Shown piece by piece: positions 37,643-51,462 of a stretch of DNA of 64,000 nucleotides. A model generated the notes under the pieces. It was not told the DNA's origin. It saw nothing but the letters and a program-made list of their open reading frames with translations, and searched no databases. Position numbers and translations under genes: made by a program. Position 1 is the stretch's first letter; every line of letters begins with the position of its first letter. This DNA is from Eledone cirrhosa (Eukaryota). Where the stretch lies: contig OZ024747.1 in the NCBI GenBank assembly GCA_964016885.1, forward strand, positions 8,928,001-8,992,000, given 5' to 3'.

Positions 37643-40039
37643 AATATGGTTTTATAAATATAGTTTCCATTTGTTAATATATTGTATATATAATATATAT
37701 ATATATAAGGAAAATAATATATATATATATATAAGGAAAAGAAATCGAAAATGCAACTGGAGTCTTTTTAAGAATATTTATTTGTTTCCTTTACCAGTTT
37801 CACAGTTCTTATGCTTTTCAAAATAGAATTGAGATGGAGAGTTCGTGGTTTATATATACATATGAAAGAGAAAATAAACAGGAATCTCATGACTGTAAAC
37901 ACAGTTGGTTGTTATAAATGATAACTTAGAAAATTGGGTAAAATACCCTTATTGATGGAAAAAGTTGCCATCAGTTGTTATGAGTGACTTGCTCAAGAAC
38001 ACAATGCACCACTTGGTCTGGGATCAAACTTACAACCCTATGACTATAAACCCAACACCTTACCACTAAGCAACATGCCTTCACACATAAAATAGGGGTT
38101 TGGTTTATATTCAGATCTGCTTATATTTGAGTATATATGGTAATGAATGGCTTCTGATTTAGGCACAGGCCAACAATGTTTTGGGAGGAGGAGAAAGTCA
38201 ATTAAGCTGACCCCAGTGCATTACTGGTATTTTGTTCTATTGACCTTGTAAGGATGAAAGGCAAAGCTAACCTTGGAGTTAATTAATAAAACTCACTCTC
38301 TATTGTTTTCATTCATTTATTTATTTATTATTTGTTGCACGAATACTAAACTCAATATGATGGTAAAAACTACATTATCTCAAAGTCTGTTCAGCCATAG
38401 CTAACAATTAATCTCCTTGCTTTCTTAGCGATGAAAACTCAGCCAATCCCTCGTCAACACTCAGTTTTAAAATATCAATACATCCAGAGAGATTTACTAA
38501 TGTCTAAACTAACCAGACAAGTCATTAGAAAGAAATAGTGATTTTAATATAAAATAAGCTAACATTCTTTTGAAGACATGTATTTAACCATGCATAAATG
38601 AAGAGTTTATCATTGTTGTCATCATAATCTGCATCACCATCATCACATCATTATCATCATGATCATCATCACCATCTTCACATCATTATCATCATGATCA
38701 TCATCACCATCATCACATCATTATCATCATGATCATCATCACCATCTTTACATCACATCATTATCATCATCGTCATTTAACATCATTATCATCATCACCA
38801 TCTTCACATCATTATCATCATCATCATCTTCACATCATTATCATCATCGTCATTTGACATCATTATCATCATCATTTAGCATCCATTTTTCCCTACTGGC
38901 AAAGGTTGGACGGATTGATACAAACCAAGTCAGTACTTAATTGAAGTTACTGTTCTCTTAGATGGGCTGGAGCGCGGGGGTGGGGTGGGTGGCGACACAT
39001 CTCACATATGTTGTAGTTTTTATAGCTAAATGCTCTTCCTATCATCAACCCATAGACAAACAAACACACATACATAAGTGACAAATTGGACATGTTGTTA
39101 GAATGTCAAATTAAATGCCTTAGTATATTTGTTCTGGCTCTCTGTTATTTGAGTTTCAGGGTCAATAAATAAATTACCTATCTAGGGGCAGTGAAGTAAC
39201 AGAATTGTTAGGGTATTTGCAATTTGAGATAAATACGGGGAATTTTAATGGTTTTGTTGGTCAGACCAACAAGCTGAAGACATAAAACATGGTTTAACCC
39301 TTTTGATACCAATCTGAGTTTGATTCCTGGACTGAGCGATGCATAGTGTCCTTGAGCAAAACACTTCATGCTGCTCTAGTTCACTCAGCTGGAGTTACAA
39401 CATCACTCATGCCAAGCTATATCGGCCTTTGCCTTTCGTTTGGAGACTGGTACTTAGGCACCTTGCCTAGGTGCAAACCCAGAGTCATTTGTGACCAAAA
39501 GTATGTGTGTGTGTGTGTGTGTGGGGGAGGGGGGGGGGGGCTTCAAAAAATTGTTGCTAATGTAGATCATTAGTTATGACTTCTGATTCCAGATTTTTAC
39601 CAAAATATAACTGTATGATGTGCCACTCTAACTATTCTGCCAGTAGGTGTCACTCTCAGAACATATTGATAGAACGGTGTACTGTATATTATTAGTTAGT
39701 CATATAAAAAAAACAAATGACAACAAATCAATTACAATATAAATGTGTAATATTGATATATTGATTCAGCAAATCAATAGTCATATATTCATTGATATAT
39801 TCTGATTCAGTAAATGTATAGATTGTGTATGCAGGGGTTCATGGTTGGTTGCAGTAGAGGGTATATTTCAAACAGGGTAGCTGTGAGAGTATGGGTGAGC
39901 TGTATTGATTTGAACAGGATTTAAGCAGGATCTTAATTTTTTATGTTACCTACACTAGAGAGATGAATACTGTTGTAGAGTTAGGCTTGTGTCAGCTCTC
40001 AAATGGAATGGCAGCTCATTGTGGCCAGCAATCTGTGAA

Positions 40040-40290
40040 GACCTATCACTTAGTGGTTAAGGTGTTCGGTTCACAATAATAAAATTATGAGTTTGATTTC
40101 CAGTAGCACATTGTATCCTTGAGCAAGGCACTTTATTTTTCATTGCTCCAGTCCACTCAGCTGGAAAATATTAGTTGTACTGTAATTCAAAGGACTAACC
40201 TTATCAAACACTGTGTCATGTTGGTCCTGCTTGAGAACTACACGTGCCTGTGAGACTGTGAAATGTTCAGCCACTAACAACTGGAACACT
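40040..40290 (+). mobile_element. CORE-type SINE family B
   Basis: cttagtggttaaggtgttcgg...gagtttgatttcc...tgtatccttgagcaaggcacttta...ttgctccagtccactcagctg. Confidence 0.8.
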
Positions 40291-42959
40291 GTTAAAAACC
40301 AACAAATGTCCAACACACATATCAAGACATCTGATAGTCTGGTTGATTCTAGGATGTTAGGTTTCCGTACTTGGTTAAATGTTGTTTAACTTCACTTGTT
40401 AGTTTCTGGAGGACATCTGTAGTAAGATTCATCTTACTAGGGATGGCCTACAATGGTTGATATTTAGTCTGGACAAATGTAGCTCAAGTCTATAGGAAAA
40501 TTGGATGAGGAAGCAATTCCAGAGAATACAAGTTTTTGGGAGGAACTATTAAAATGTCTAATAGCAATGGTAGAAGTGGTGTCTAGGTATTTAACACCCT
40601 ACTCTAGCTCTACAATGTGTGCTTTCCTTCTCCCAAATAAAATAATTTCAACTTATTGTTTGGTAAGCTGACAAACCTAGTTATTGACATTTCTTGCCCT
40701 GGCTTCACTAACAACATTACTAAGCCTGCATTCTCTACTATATAGTTCACACTCACCCATGCTAAATCATTTTGAATATTTTCCCAAAACTGTTATGGCA
40801 AAGATGTTTAGTGATTTATTTATTGCAGGAAATTGCTATATATTTAATTTATATAAAACTGTGATCCTTTAAAGTTAAGAAATGCACCTATCTGAAGGCA
40901 GTGATGAATTAGTAGAGCCATTAGAACATCAGATAGAATGCTTTGTCATATTCGTCCCAGCTCTCTTCTCTCTGAATTCAAATCCTCCCAAGGTCAACAA
41001 AAAGAAAGTACCAGTCTAGTACTGGGGTTAATTCTTCCTCTATATCTTTTTCCCACTTCCTCTCTCTCACATTCTGTCCTTCTCTGGAAGAAATCTGCTG
41101 TATTCAGGCTTGGAGAGGGATGGGCTCTGTCAGACTTAAAATGCCCTAGAAATGCTGTATGTCAATAAGGTGCCCCTACAACTCTCTCAGGCGTTACGGG
41201 ACTATACCATACCAATACACCTCTCTAAGTTGCTGCCTAGTTGGCCTTGATGGTGGCACCAGCCCTGTACATTAGACTTCATCATAAAATATTACAATAT
41301 TTTACAGTGTTACAATACCACCCAATCTCAGTATGATGGATTGCTATGTTAGGCTTCAGCTTACTGACTTCTCTACCATTCTTGGCTCTTTGAAAATCAA
41401 AAGAAGTGAAAAACCTGAGCAACACAGACACAGACTTACAGAGAGAGAGACACCCATATATACAGATGAACATACACATACATACAGAGACAGATGTAGA
41501 CAAATAAACATACACACAGATACATACATAGATGTGCACATATACATAGACTTACACACAAACACATACATAGACGTACATACACACAAATACATACATA
41601 GATGTACACACACACAAATACAAACATAGATGTACACACATACACATAGAGAGAGATGCAGAGAGAAATTGCTGCACATAAAGAGGCTTAACCATGTTGA
41701 TGTGACAGCTATCTCACGTCTTAACTATAACCTCTCTATTTGTTCTGAGATAATCCATTATCAAGTCACAAACATGAGATTGTCTCTTCTTTCTTTCTAC
41801 TTAACCACATTTCACACACACATCCTTACAACACACACATCTTTACAATACACACACACACACATCTTTACAATATACACACACACACACATCCTTACAA
41901 TACACACATCTTTACAATATACACACACACATCCTTACAATACACACACAATCCTTACAATATGCACACACAATCCTTACAATATGCACACACACACACA
42001 TACACATTCTTACAATATGCGCACACACACTCACACACATCTTTCTTTACAATATGCATACACAGCTTCACAATATGTACACACTCACATAAACAGATTT
42101 CCAGCATATTTCAGCATCAATAAGGCACACACACACACACACAGATATGTACACACACACACAGTAACTTACTAATTATACACCATAATTAAAATGAATG
42201 AATGAATTTTTTTTTTATTTGTCTGTAATACTGCCCCCACCCTGGGGAAGACATCTTTAGACAGAGAGAATTAAAAGAAGAGAGAGAGAAGAATTATAAT
42301 ATTTTCTAAAGAAGTTACATTGAATGAAGAAACAAAGGAGAGAGTAGGGAGACAGAGAGAGAGGGAGGTAGGGAGACAGAGAGAGAGGGAGACAGAGAGA
42401 GGGAGAGGGAGGTAGGGAGACAGAGAGAGAGGGAGGTAGGGAGACAGAGAGAGAGAGAGGGAGAAGTAGAGACAGAGAGAGAGGGGGAATAATGAGACCA
42501 AGAGAGGGTGAGTACAGACTGGTGGAGAGGGAGAGGATAGAGAGTGAGACCGAGAGAGAAAGGGTGAGAGAGAAGGGGAGAACATAGACTGGTAGTGAGA
42601 GAGAGAGAGAGGTAGAGGGACCGAGAGAGACAGGGAGAATGAGAGAGAATTTTGGACTGGTTGAGAGGGAGAGGAGAGAGAGAGAGGAATTAGACAAAGA
42701 GAGGAGAAGAGGCAGACTGAGAGCGGAGGAGAGATAAAGGGACTGAGAGTGAAAAGGGAGAGAAGGAGAAAAGCCAAAGCATGAGACTTAGTGAAGTTAT
42801 ATTGAGTGTAACAAAGTACAAAGTAAATCTTGTCTTCCAGTTATATAAAGGATCTAATGATGGTCTCCCACGCTATCTAAATCATTTCATTAAAAAGCCC
42901 TCTGGTTTATTACTGCCACAAATTCACCATAATCTTACTACTACTACTACTGTTACACC

Positions 42960-43900
42960 ACAACCATCTCTCCCTCTTCACAACTACTATATCACCACCA
43001 CCATCATCATCATCTCTCCCTCTTCACAACTACTATATTATCACCACCACCATCATCATCATCTCTCCCTCTTCACAACTACTATATTATCACCACCACC
43101 ATCATCTCTTCCTCTTCACAACTACTATATGATCACCACCACCATCATCTCTTCCTCTTCACAACTACTATATTATCACCACCATATCTCATCCTCTTCA
43201 CAACTACTATATTATCACCACCATATCTCATCCTCTTCACAACTACTACATGATCACCTCCATATCTCACCCTCTTCACAACTACTACATGATCACCACC
43301 ATATCTCACCCTCTTCACAACTACTATATGATCACCACCATATCTCACCCTCTTCACAACTACTATATGATCACCACCATATCTCACCCTCTTCACAACT
43401 ACTACATTATCACCACCATATCTCACCCTCTTCACAACTACTATATTATCACCACCATATCTCACCCTCTTCACAACTACTACATGATCACCACCATATC
43501 TCACCCTCTTCACAACTACTACATGATCACCACCATATCTCACCCTCTTCACAACTACTATATTATCACCACCATATCTCACCCTCTTCACAACTACTAT
43601 ATTATCACCACCATATCTCACCCTCTTCACAACTACTATATTATCACCACCATATCTCACCCTCTTCACAACTACTATATGATCACCACCATATCTCACC
43701 CTCTTCACAACTACTATATTATCACCACCATATCTCACCCTCTTCACAACTACTATATGATCACCACCATATCTCACCCTCTTCACAACTACTATATTAT
43801 CACCACCATATCTCATCCTCTTCACAACTACTATATTATCACCACCATATCTCACCCTCTTCACAACTACTATATTATCACCACCATATCTCACCCACTA
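42960..43900. repeat. 39-bp minisatellite (CACCACCATATCTCACCCTCTTCACAACTACTATATTAT), more than 20 copies
   Basis: Directly visible tandem units; they explain three long overlapping repeat ORFs. Confidence 0.95.
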
Positions 43901-45051
43901 TATGATCACTACCACCACATACCTTTCCCTACCTACCAACAACACATTCTCCCACATTCGTCACACCAACACACCATCACTAATACACTCCACCACATAT
44001 ATACTCAGACTACATAGGCACCCCATAAAGAGCCAATGAGGGAGCCTCTACATGATCATTCGATCTGCTAGAAATAACAGCTAAATAAACCTTATCATAC
44101 CATAGGATTTTAATGAAGGGAAACATTACATTATGTAGTCCTAAATATACAATATCTGAATAAAAGATGAGATGGTCACAGCTGGAATGTATTTGATTAT
44201 ATGACTGCAAGGTTAACCAGAAGCTAAGCATTCCCTATTACCACATGGTCCCATTGTGTAGTCAAACATGCTAAAAATACCAACCAAATTTTACCTCAAA
44301 TTACACCCTACCACAGTGATCCTGATTGCATCACATTAAAAATTAAAGTCTTTAGTTTACTGCAAATTTTCACAATGGTTTGTCCACCAGTAAAGATATT
44401 ACAAATATTTGAATTAAGAAGAAACTCAGCCATTTTAAGATATTTTCTGCTAAATCATTGCTAATCATTAGCTTTGGCAATGGAGCAGAGATAAAGACAA
44501 AATACAAGTTATCAATGCTTCAGATCCAAAGCCATCTTAACTAGGCCAGCAGTAAATCATTTAATATTATATACAACAAACTATAGTGTATATAATATAT
44601 ACCTGACTAATAATCAATGGTATATATTATATACTATTGATTATTAGTTTGGTGTAAAGACTTTTTGAGATTCAGCTCATGGGACAGGTATTGATATACA
44701 TACATATATATATATTTATTGAAGATATAGAAGGTACAATACATTGTGCTATAAACCGGAACTACCACTTTACAGAGTGTACTGGGTGCTTTTTATTGTG
44801 GCACCAACAAAGAAAGACACTAATGGGAGAGGATGAATGAGAGAATTGTGGGAGAGGCACTGTGGTGTGAGCAATGGTAGTTACATATTTGCTACCATGA
44901 GAGAGAGAAGCAGAAGAGGTCAGGAAAACAAGAATGTATGTTGGGTGGTGGATGTTAGGAGTGATCATAAGAAGGAGCTATGACCAGCTGCACATTAGGA
45001 GTTGCAGTGGGTAAGTAGGTAGGGGAATACCTTCATAAGATTGGAGATATA

Positions 45052-45132
45052 CAGGGTGTCACCTAAATAATGTATACACACTTTTATTAGAATGCTGTTG
45101 AAGTATGTATACATTTTTGGGGGACAACTTGT
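45052..45132. mobile_element. Tc1/mariner-type mini-MITE
   Basis: TA flanks and imperfect TIRs cagggtgtcacctaaataatgtataca / tgtatacatttttggggacaacttg. Confidence 0.6.
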
Positions 45133-45602
45133 ATATATACAAAATGGGCTTCCTCATAATTTCCATCTATGAAATTCACGTTACAATTTATTGGTTGGCC
45201 TAAAGCTATAGCAGACATTTGCCTAAGCTGCCATAAAGTATGTAGTTTCAAATCCTATTTCTTAACCACACAGCATGGAAAAGCAGCCATAAAATGATGA
45301 TGATGGTATTGGTGATGATGATGACGACGACACCTATGTCTATAAAACAAATACATGGTATTCAAAAAGTTTCAGGAACAAAAAAAAATGTTAAACAAAA
45401 ACAACTAATACAAACATGCATCATTCATAGTAAAAGTATTATTTCCATGGAACATTCTGGTCTTTTTAACCTTTTGTTGTTGGTATTGTTCAGGCCTTAG
45501 GTAGAGGGGCCTGGTTGAAGAATATTTTGCAGTCTCCATCCAACGCTGCAGGAACTGGAAAATTGCTCTAAAACATTGAACTCTACTCCATTTCTTCCTG
45601 AC

Positions 45603-46550
45603 AGTACTTGACTGGTATTTTTTTTATCAACCTCAAAAGGACGAAAGGCAAAGTTGACTTTGGTGGGATTTGAACTCAGAGCATAGAGCCAGAACTAATA
45701 CTGCAAAGCATTCTATCCAACTTTCTAACGAACCTGTTAATTCGCTACCTCATCAGATAAAATGGAAAACTAAATCACATCATTTGTTCATACTTGCAAA
45801 GGCAGTTAATTTGGCAGAATTGTTAGAGCATTGGGTATTTGTTCCGGGTTTCTTTGTTCTGGGTTCCAATCCTGCTGAGGTTCACTTTAACTTTTATCAT
45901 TTTGGGAGTTGATAAAGAAAATACCAGCCCAATGCTGGTGTTGGGACAAATTCTACTCTACCAATTTGCTGCCTTAATAATTGTTTCTACTTTAGGCACA
46001 AGGCCATCAATTACCCAGTGCATTACTGGTACTTTATTTGCTGCCTTAATAATGATAATTGTTTCTATATTTGGCACAAGGCCAACAATTTAGGGGAGGG
46101 GAAAGTTGATTGAATCGACCCCAGTGCGTTACTGGTACTTTATTTTATTGACCCTGTAAGGATTAAAGGCAAAAGCTAACCTCAGAACGTAAAGGGACGT
46201 AACTCTATGCCACAAAGCATGTTATCCGACGCTCTACCGATACTGCTAAATTCAGTTTTCTTTGTAAAATGTCTAACAGATATCCTAATTATTCTTTCGT
46301 TGTTCCGTTTATAATCAAATACTTTCATCACATTTCTCTCATCTCGTCTACATCCGTTCTCTGTTTATCATTTTTCTCACAGCTTTTTGTTAGTTTCTTT
46401 GTCTTTTGTTTAATATGGTGAATTTATTATTATTATTATCTATATATGTTCTGAACTCAGAACGTAAATAATGCAGTAAAGAACTGTAATTATATGCCAC
46501 AAAGCATGTTGTCTGATGCTCCACCGATCCTACTGTCAATCCACCACTCT
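45603..46550. mobile_element. Cluster of SINE family A copies and fragments in both orientations, just downstream of the FAM53 stop
   Basis: Minus copies at about 45603-45750, 45975-46250 and 46450-46550; plus copy at about 45800-45930. Confidence 0.8.
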
Positions 46551-46725
46551 TTATAATAAGAGTAATAATAACAACAACAACAACAATAATGTATTGGTGT
46601 GTGAGTGTATATGTTTGTGTGTATAAGCATGTGTTTATGCAATAATATAGTGGTGTGTTGTGTATGTGTATGAAGCAGACAAAAGTAAAAATTGACAAAA
46701 GACAAGTGATGGTGTTTGAAAAGGT

Positions 46726-47253
46726 TTAGTGGTTTTCTATTTGGTCAACATCAAGATCAGCAATGGGGGGTTTGTCCCTCCCATAATAGTCCTCATTTTC
46801 AGTCATTCCCTCCTCCTCCTCGTCATCGTCATCACAGCCACAGAAACTAGGGTTAGACTCATCACTTACATAGACCAGTGGATCCCAACCAGCTGGGGCA
46901 ACAGACCGACCCGAAACAAAGGGTGTTTCGAAGCTGGCATCACCCCACCGAGAACATCCATCATCGGAATCAATTTGTCCAAAGTTACGAAGGGAAATGG
47001 GGCAATGTTCATTGGCAGTGGGTTTCTCAACAGCAGCAGCAGCAGCACGAGCAGCAGCTTCCCCAGCCTCCGTCGCAGCTGAGATCTCAGCATCTTCTGA
47101 CATGGCATCATCAGTGTGGTCATCGGATAAAAGGCAGGTTGATCGAAGGACTTCAATGGAGACTGGAGCTGAGACTGACATTGGGTTTACTGTTTGTTTC
47201 ACTGTTGTTGATTGGTCTTCAGGGAACTGCTGAAACCAACTAACTTTTGGCCC
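46726..47253 (-). CDS. FAM53: FAM53-family protein, last coding exon
   Basis: tttttctgttgcag|GPKVSW...ADLDVDQIENH*; the terminus matches the FAM53 C-terminal (E/D)LD.EQIE.N motif. Confidence 0.9.
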   Translation of the reverse strand, partial: GPKVSWFQQFPEDQSTTVKQTVNPMSVSAPVSIEVLRSTCLLSDDHTDDAMSEDAEISAATEAGEAAARAAAAAVEKPTANEHCPISLRNFGQIDSDDGCSRWGDASFETPFVSGRSVAPAGWDPLVYVSDESNPSFCGCDDDDEEEEGMTENEDYYGRDKPPIADLDVDQIENH

Positions 47254-49619
47254 CTGCAACAGAAAAATGAATAAATTAGAAATAATTGTTTCTCATTTAA
47301 CTTACAGCTGTACTTATCTGGATTTTCTATAAGGGTTAAGCATGATAACCTCATCAAAGAAATGTCCCCAAACAAGATATTTAACTCTTAATGTGCTGTA
47401 CTCTATGAAACCACATTAGCAAGACATTCATGAAAAATACAAAACAGCACTATACTTGCATCACATTAAAAAAGTTAAAATATTTACTCTAATATAGCAT
47501 ATTTTCACAATAATCTGTCAACTAGTTAAGATACTATAAACATTTGATTTAACAAATTACATGAAACCACATTAGCAAGGCATTCTTCATAAGTACAAAG
47601 CATCATTTTGATGTCTTTAGTCTAATACAGCAAATTTTCACAACACTCAGTTCACTAGTAAAGATACTAAAAACATTGAATTAACAAACCCATTTTTTCT
47701 GCAAAATCATTACAGGATGTTAAGAGTTGAAGAAAAAAACTTAGTAATTAAAAGTCTAATAGCTGTTAGACTGGAAAACTGCACTGTTCATTGTGTGACC
47801 TCATAGTGAGAAATTCCAACTTTGACAAAACCGTTCTGTTTGCTCAATAGATCAGCTTGATTTAGTCTATCTGACTGAAAACAGGCTGTACCCCTACTTC
47901 ACAGGTAAAGTTGAATGACTAGTGGTAGATAGACCATCCAGCTGTAACAACAGCAGTAGCTTACTTAATTTGCTAGCAGTAGCAATGAAATCCCCTCCAT
48001 TTATATATAGATATACAATATGGTTTGGTATTTCATATTTTATGCAACCGAAAGTGTAGAATTGTATGTCCTGTCTTGTCCAGATATACAACAAAATGCC
48101 TGCGGTAGTTTAGACCTTAAGACCTTAGAGTCAGTAGTCCTATACCATATCCACTTGGTTATTTAACCTCTACAATAACAAGAAGTGAGCTGAATCAATC
48201 AAGTTATTATTTTTTTTAGCCAGGGAGGAAGAGAGGGAAGTGTTTATGATTCTTTTCAAGGCTTCCAAGACTATTATGAGAATAGGAGGGAAGTAACTCC
48301 AAGCCAGGGATTTTGCCCTGAATCCTTGCAACAGAATGAAATCTACTAAAGGCACCAAAGGGACCAAATTGTGGTGTTAAAAACTGGGTGATAGATAAAG
48401 TCTTTTACTTAGTTAGGGCATGGCAGAATTTGAACTTAGAATGCAATAAGCTAGAAGAAATGTTACAAGGAAGTACCTATTACTCAAATGATTCTGTCAG
48501 TCCACTGCTCTAGACTTGGACTTTATTGATCCTGGAAGGATGAAAGGCAAAGTTGACCTCTTCTTAATAAAAGTGGTTATGTCACAAAGCATTTTGTCCA
48601 ATGCTCTACCAATTCTGCCCTTATGATGACAATAATGATAGTAATATCATCATCATCGCCATTAAACACCTGTTTTCCATACTGGCATGGGTTGGATGGA
48701 TTATCAGGGCCCCGAAACTAAATAGGTTAGAGAACCTCATCTTGCTTGTACATTCAATATTTTGGCATGGCCTCTGCAGCTGGATGCCCTTCTTGATGCC
48801 AACTACCTTACAGTGTGTCCTGGCTATAGTTTATCCTAGTACCAACACTACAGTGGCTGTCAGGATCCCCTCTACTCTACATTGTCTCAGGTTGTTCATC
48901 CACCACGTTTCAAAAGGTACCGAGTGCGTTCCATCATGATACCAATACCAGAAAAGTTGTCTCACTCACTCAACCCAAAAAGGGATAAAAAGCAACTCCA
49001 ATTGAGGGCTGACTTGGTTTGTGATGACCTCTCTAGCCTATGGCAGCATGGAAAAGTGGACATAAAATGATGGTGATGATAATGATGATGCTGATGGTGT
49101 TGAAGATTGTGATGACGGTGGTGCTGATGATGATGGTGGCGGTGGTGATGATGATGGTGGTGGTGGTGATGACGGTGAAGGTGGTGGTGATGATGATGGT
49201 GAAGAAGCTGGTGGTGTTGATGATGATGATGGTGGTGATGATGATAGTGGTGGTGGTGGTGGTGATGATGATAATGATGATTACATCATTACAGTAGCCA
49301 GGATTTCAGAGTGGAACATATGACATTTTCAATAGCTTCTGGTCAACAAATTAATCGGTCAGTGAGCAGCTAACGATAAACTCTACTGACTTACAGGGTT
49401 AACACGTGTGTTACAATTAGTGAATTAGGGCAAAACTGATGTTTTAGAAAATCACTCACCTGAAGCAATTAACTCAGGTGAGATGAATCAACAATATAAG
49501 TAGCTTCATCAGATAATAAATAGATGCAGTAGACATATCTTCTTGCAAATAAATTCTTAAATGTTATCCCCTCCCCTCTTCTTCCTCAAGCACTTATAGC
49601 CACATTAACACTCTTCTTT

Positions 49620-49702
<83 letters not shown>

Positions 49703-49841
49703 CTCCTATGATTTTCATCGAAAATTTTTGAATGCATCTTCTCTTTTCATGATATTTGGATTACATTGAGTTCTTCATACGGATTGGACACTACCGTATA
49801 TTTTGGTAGATTTATCTATATATATGTATATATAATATATA

Positions 49842-50692
49842 TCATCATCATCATCAACGTTTAACGTCCGTGTTCCACGCTTGCATGGGTTTGGACGGGG
49901 GTAGTCCCACTTGAGGCAAGAGTGATTGTCTTGCTCGCATAGGACTGTCTGGCAGGTTTTCTACAGTTGGATGCCCTTCCTAACACCAACCACATTTACA
50001 GTGTGGGTCTGGGAGGTTTTTACCGTGTTGCCTACACGGCCACATTACAGCGTGGACTGTGTGTTTTTTTTTGTCGTGACACCTACACGATCTCATTTGT
50101 TTCGGCCTGGATGGCGCGGCACCAACATAACTTTACATAGAACGGGGTGGGGGTGGTGGTGGTGGGACGGGGTGTATTTTGTTAGAGATGCCTACTGGCT
50201 GGAGTAGGTTTTACTATATATTTAGGTAAGGCGGGTCTTCTCTGTTACTGAGTACCGCCAAAGGTCTCGGTCCAGTGACATTGTCTTGGAGAGGTGTAAG
50301 TGTGTGATGTCGGAGTTTATCAGCTCGTCCCAGGTTTTTCTAGGTCTGCCTATTCCGTGACTACCGTCTATCTTTATTGCCCTGCACTTTGTTATACAGC
50401 TATCGACTTTCATGCGCATCACGTGTCCATACCAACGTAGCCTTCTCTCGAGTAAACAACATCTGATCCCTCTTATCTCTAATTTTTTTTTCCTTAGTTC
50501 GTTTATGCTTTGCCGTTCACGTATATTACTGTTACACATCCAGCGGAGCATGCAAGCTTCGTTCCTCTCTAGTCTGCGTATATCCTGGGCACACAATGCC
50601 CAGGTCTCACTGCCATGCAGCATTGCTGTTCGTATGCAGGCATCGTACAACCTGCCTTTCATTTTTAGGGAGAACCCTTTAGCAGCTAATAG
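49842..50692 (-). mobile_element. 5'-truncated RTE-type LINE (C-terminal ORF part, 3' UTR and (GAT)n tail) in a FAM53 intron
   Basis: KGRLYDACIRTAMLHGSETW...RRLERNEACMLRWMC...RRLRWYGHVMRM...GRPRKTWDE...DRDLWR; its 3' UTR motifs (gcatgggttggacgg, ctacagctggatgcccttcctaac) recur as short copies at 12.6, 13.3, 29.5, 32.2, 48.7 and 53.4 kb; the 5' end abuts (TA)n. Confidence 0.92.
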
Positions 50693-50703
50693 TGGTATAT
50701 ATG

Positions 50704-50744
<41 letters not shown>

Positions 50745-51169
50745 TGCTTCTCTGTCACTGACTCACACATACATTCAATATACACAACACATAGTTTGTC
50801 ACATGTTCAAGCACACTCATGTCCTTTATACTAACTCTTTCTTAGAATCTCTACTGCTCTCTGTCTATATCATATCTATTTCTCTTTCTCTCTGTCCTTG
50901 TCTATCTCTCTTTCTCTCTCCCTCACCCTCTCTCTTTCCATCTGTCTCTATGTTTGTCCCTCTATCACTTATACACACACACAATAATATATACTTTGTC
51001 ACATGCACAGTCACTCATATCCATTATACTCTCTCTCTCTCTCTCTCTCTCACACTGCCACTGAAACACACACACACATATTTCAGTCTACACAAACACA
51101 CCTAGTTTGTCACATGTACAGACACACTCATATTCATTATATATTACACAGAGAAAAATCTATCCATGA

Positions 51170-51462
51170 TAGACACACACAAGGGTGCCTGCACATTATC
51201 TCTCTCTTTCTCTCCCACAAACACTGACACACACACACACACAAGGGTGCCTGCACATTATCTCTCTCTTTCTCTCCCACAAACACTGACACACACAAGG
51301 GTGCCTGCACATTATCTCTCTCTTTCTCTCCCACAAACACTGATACACACACACACAAGGGTGCCTGCACATTATCTCTCTCTCTCTCCCACACACACAC
51401 ACAAGGGTGCTTGCACATTATCTCTCTCTTTCTCTCCCACAAACACTGACACACACACACAC
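51170..51462. repeat. ~55-62-bp tandem repeat with an internal variable (CA)n, 5 copies
   Basis: acaagggtgcctgcacattatctctctctttctctcccacaaacactgac(ac)n repeated. Confidence 0.9.

Larger units (their letters stand above)
37399..37689. repeat. Perfect 135-bp inverted repeat with a 21-nt spacer; each arm carries a hammerhead motif
   Basis: 37399-37533 is the reverse complement of 37555-37689; the spacer actggagtctttttaagaata recurs at about 37756-37780. Confidence 0.9.

Noticed and set aside
40330-40800. Possible decayed LINE RT tail on the minus strand
   Set aside because: Only faint motifs (VKYLDTT, ENIQNDL); too degraded to call.
42781-44017. 374-aa His-rich ORF (HHHISPSSQLLYY)n and overlapping 249-aa and 255-aa ORFs
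   Set aside because: A 39-bp minisatellite is open in three frames on both strands; no convincing signal peptide or gene context, and the repeat is unlike the GHG-type His-rich beak proteins.
46729-47243. Plus-strand ORFs overlapping FAM53 exons (also 54170-55422 and 56615-57372)
   Set aside because: Antisense shadows of GC-richer coding exons.
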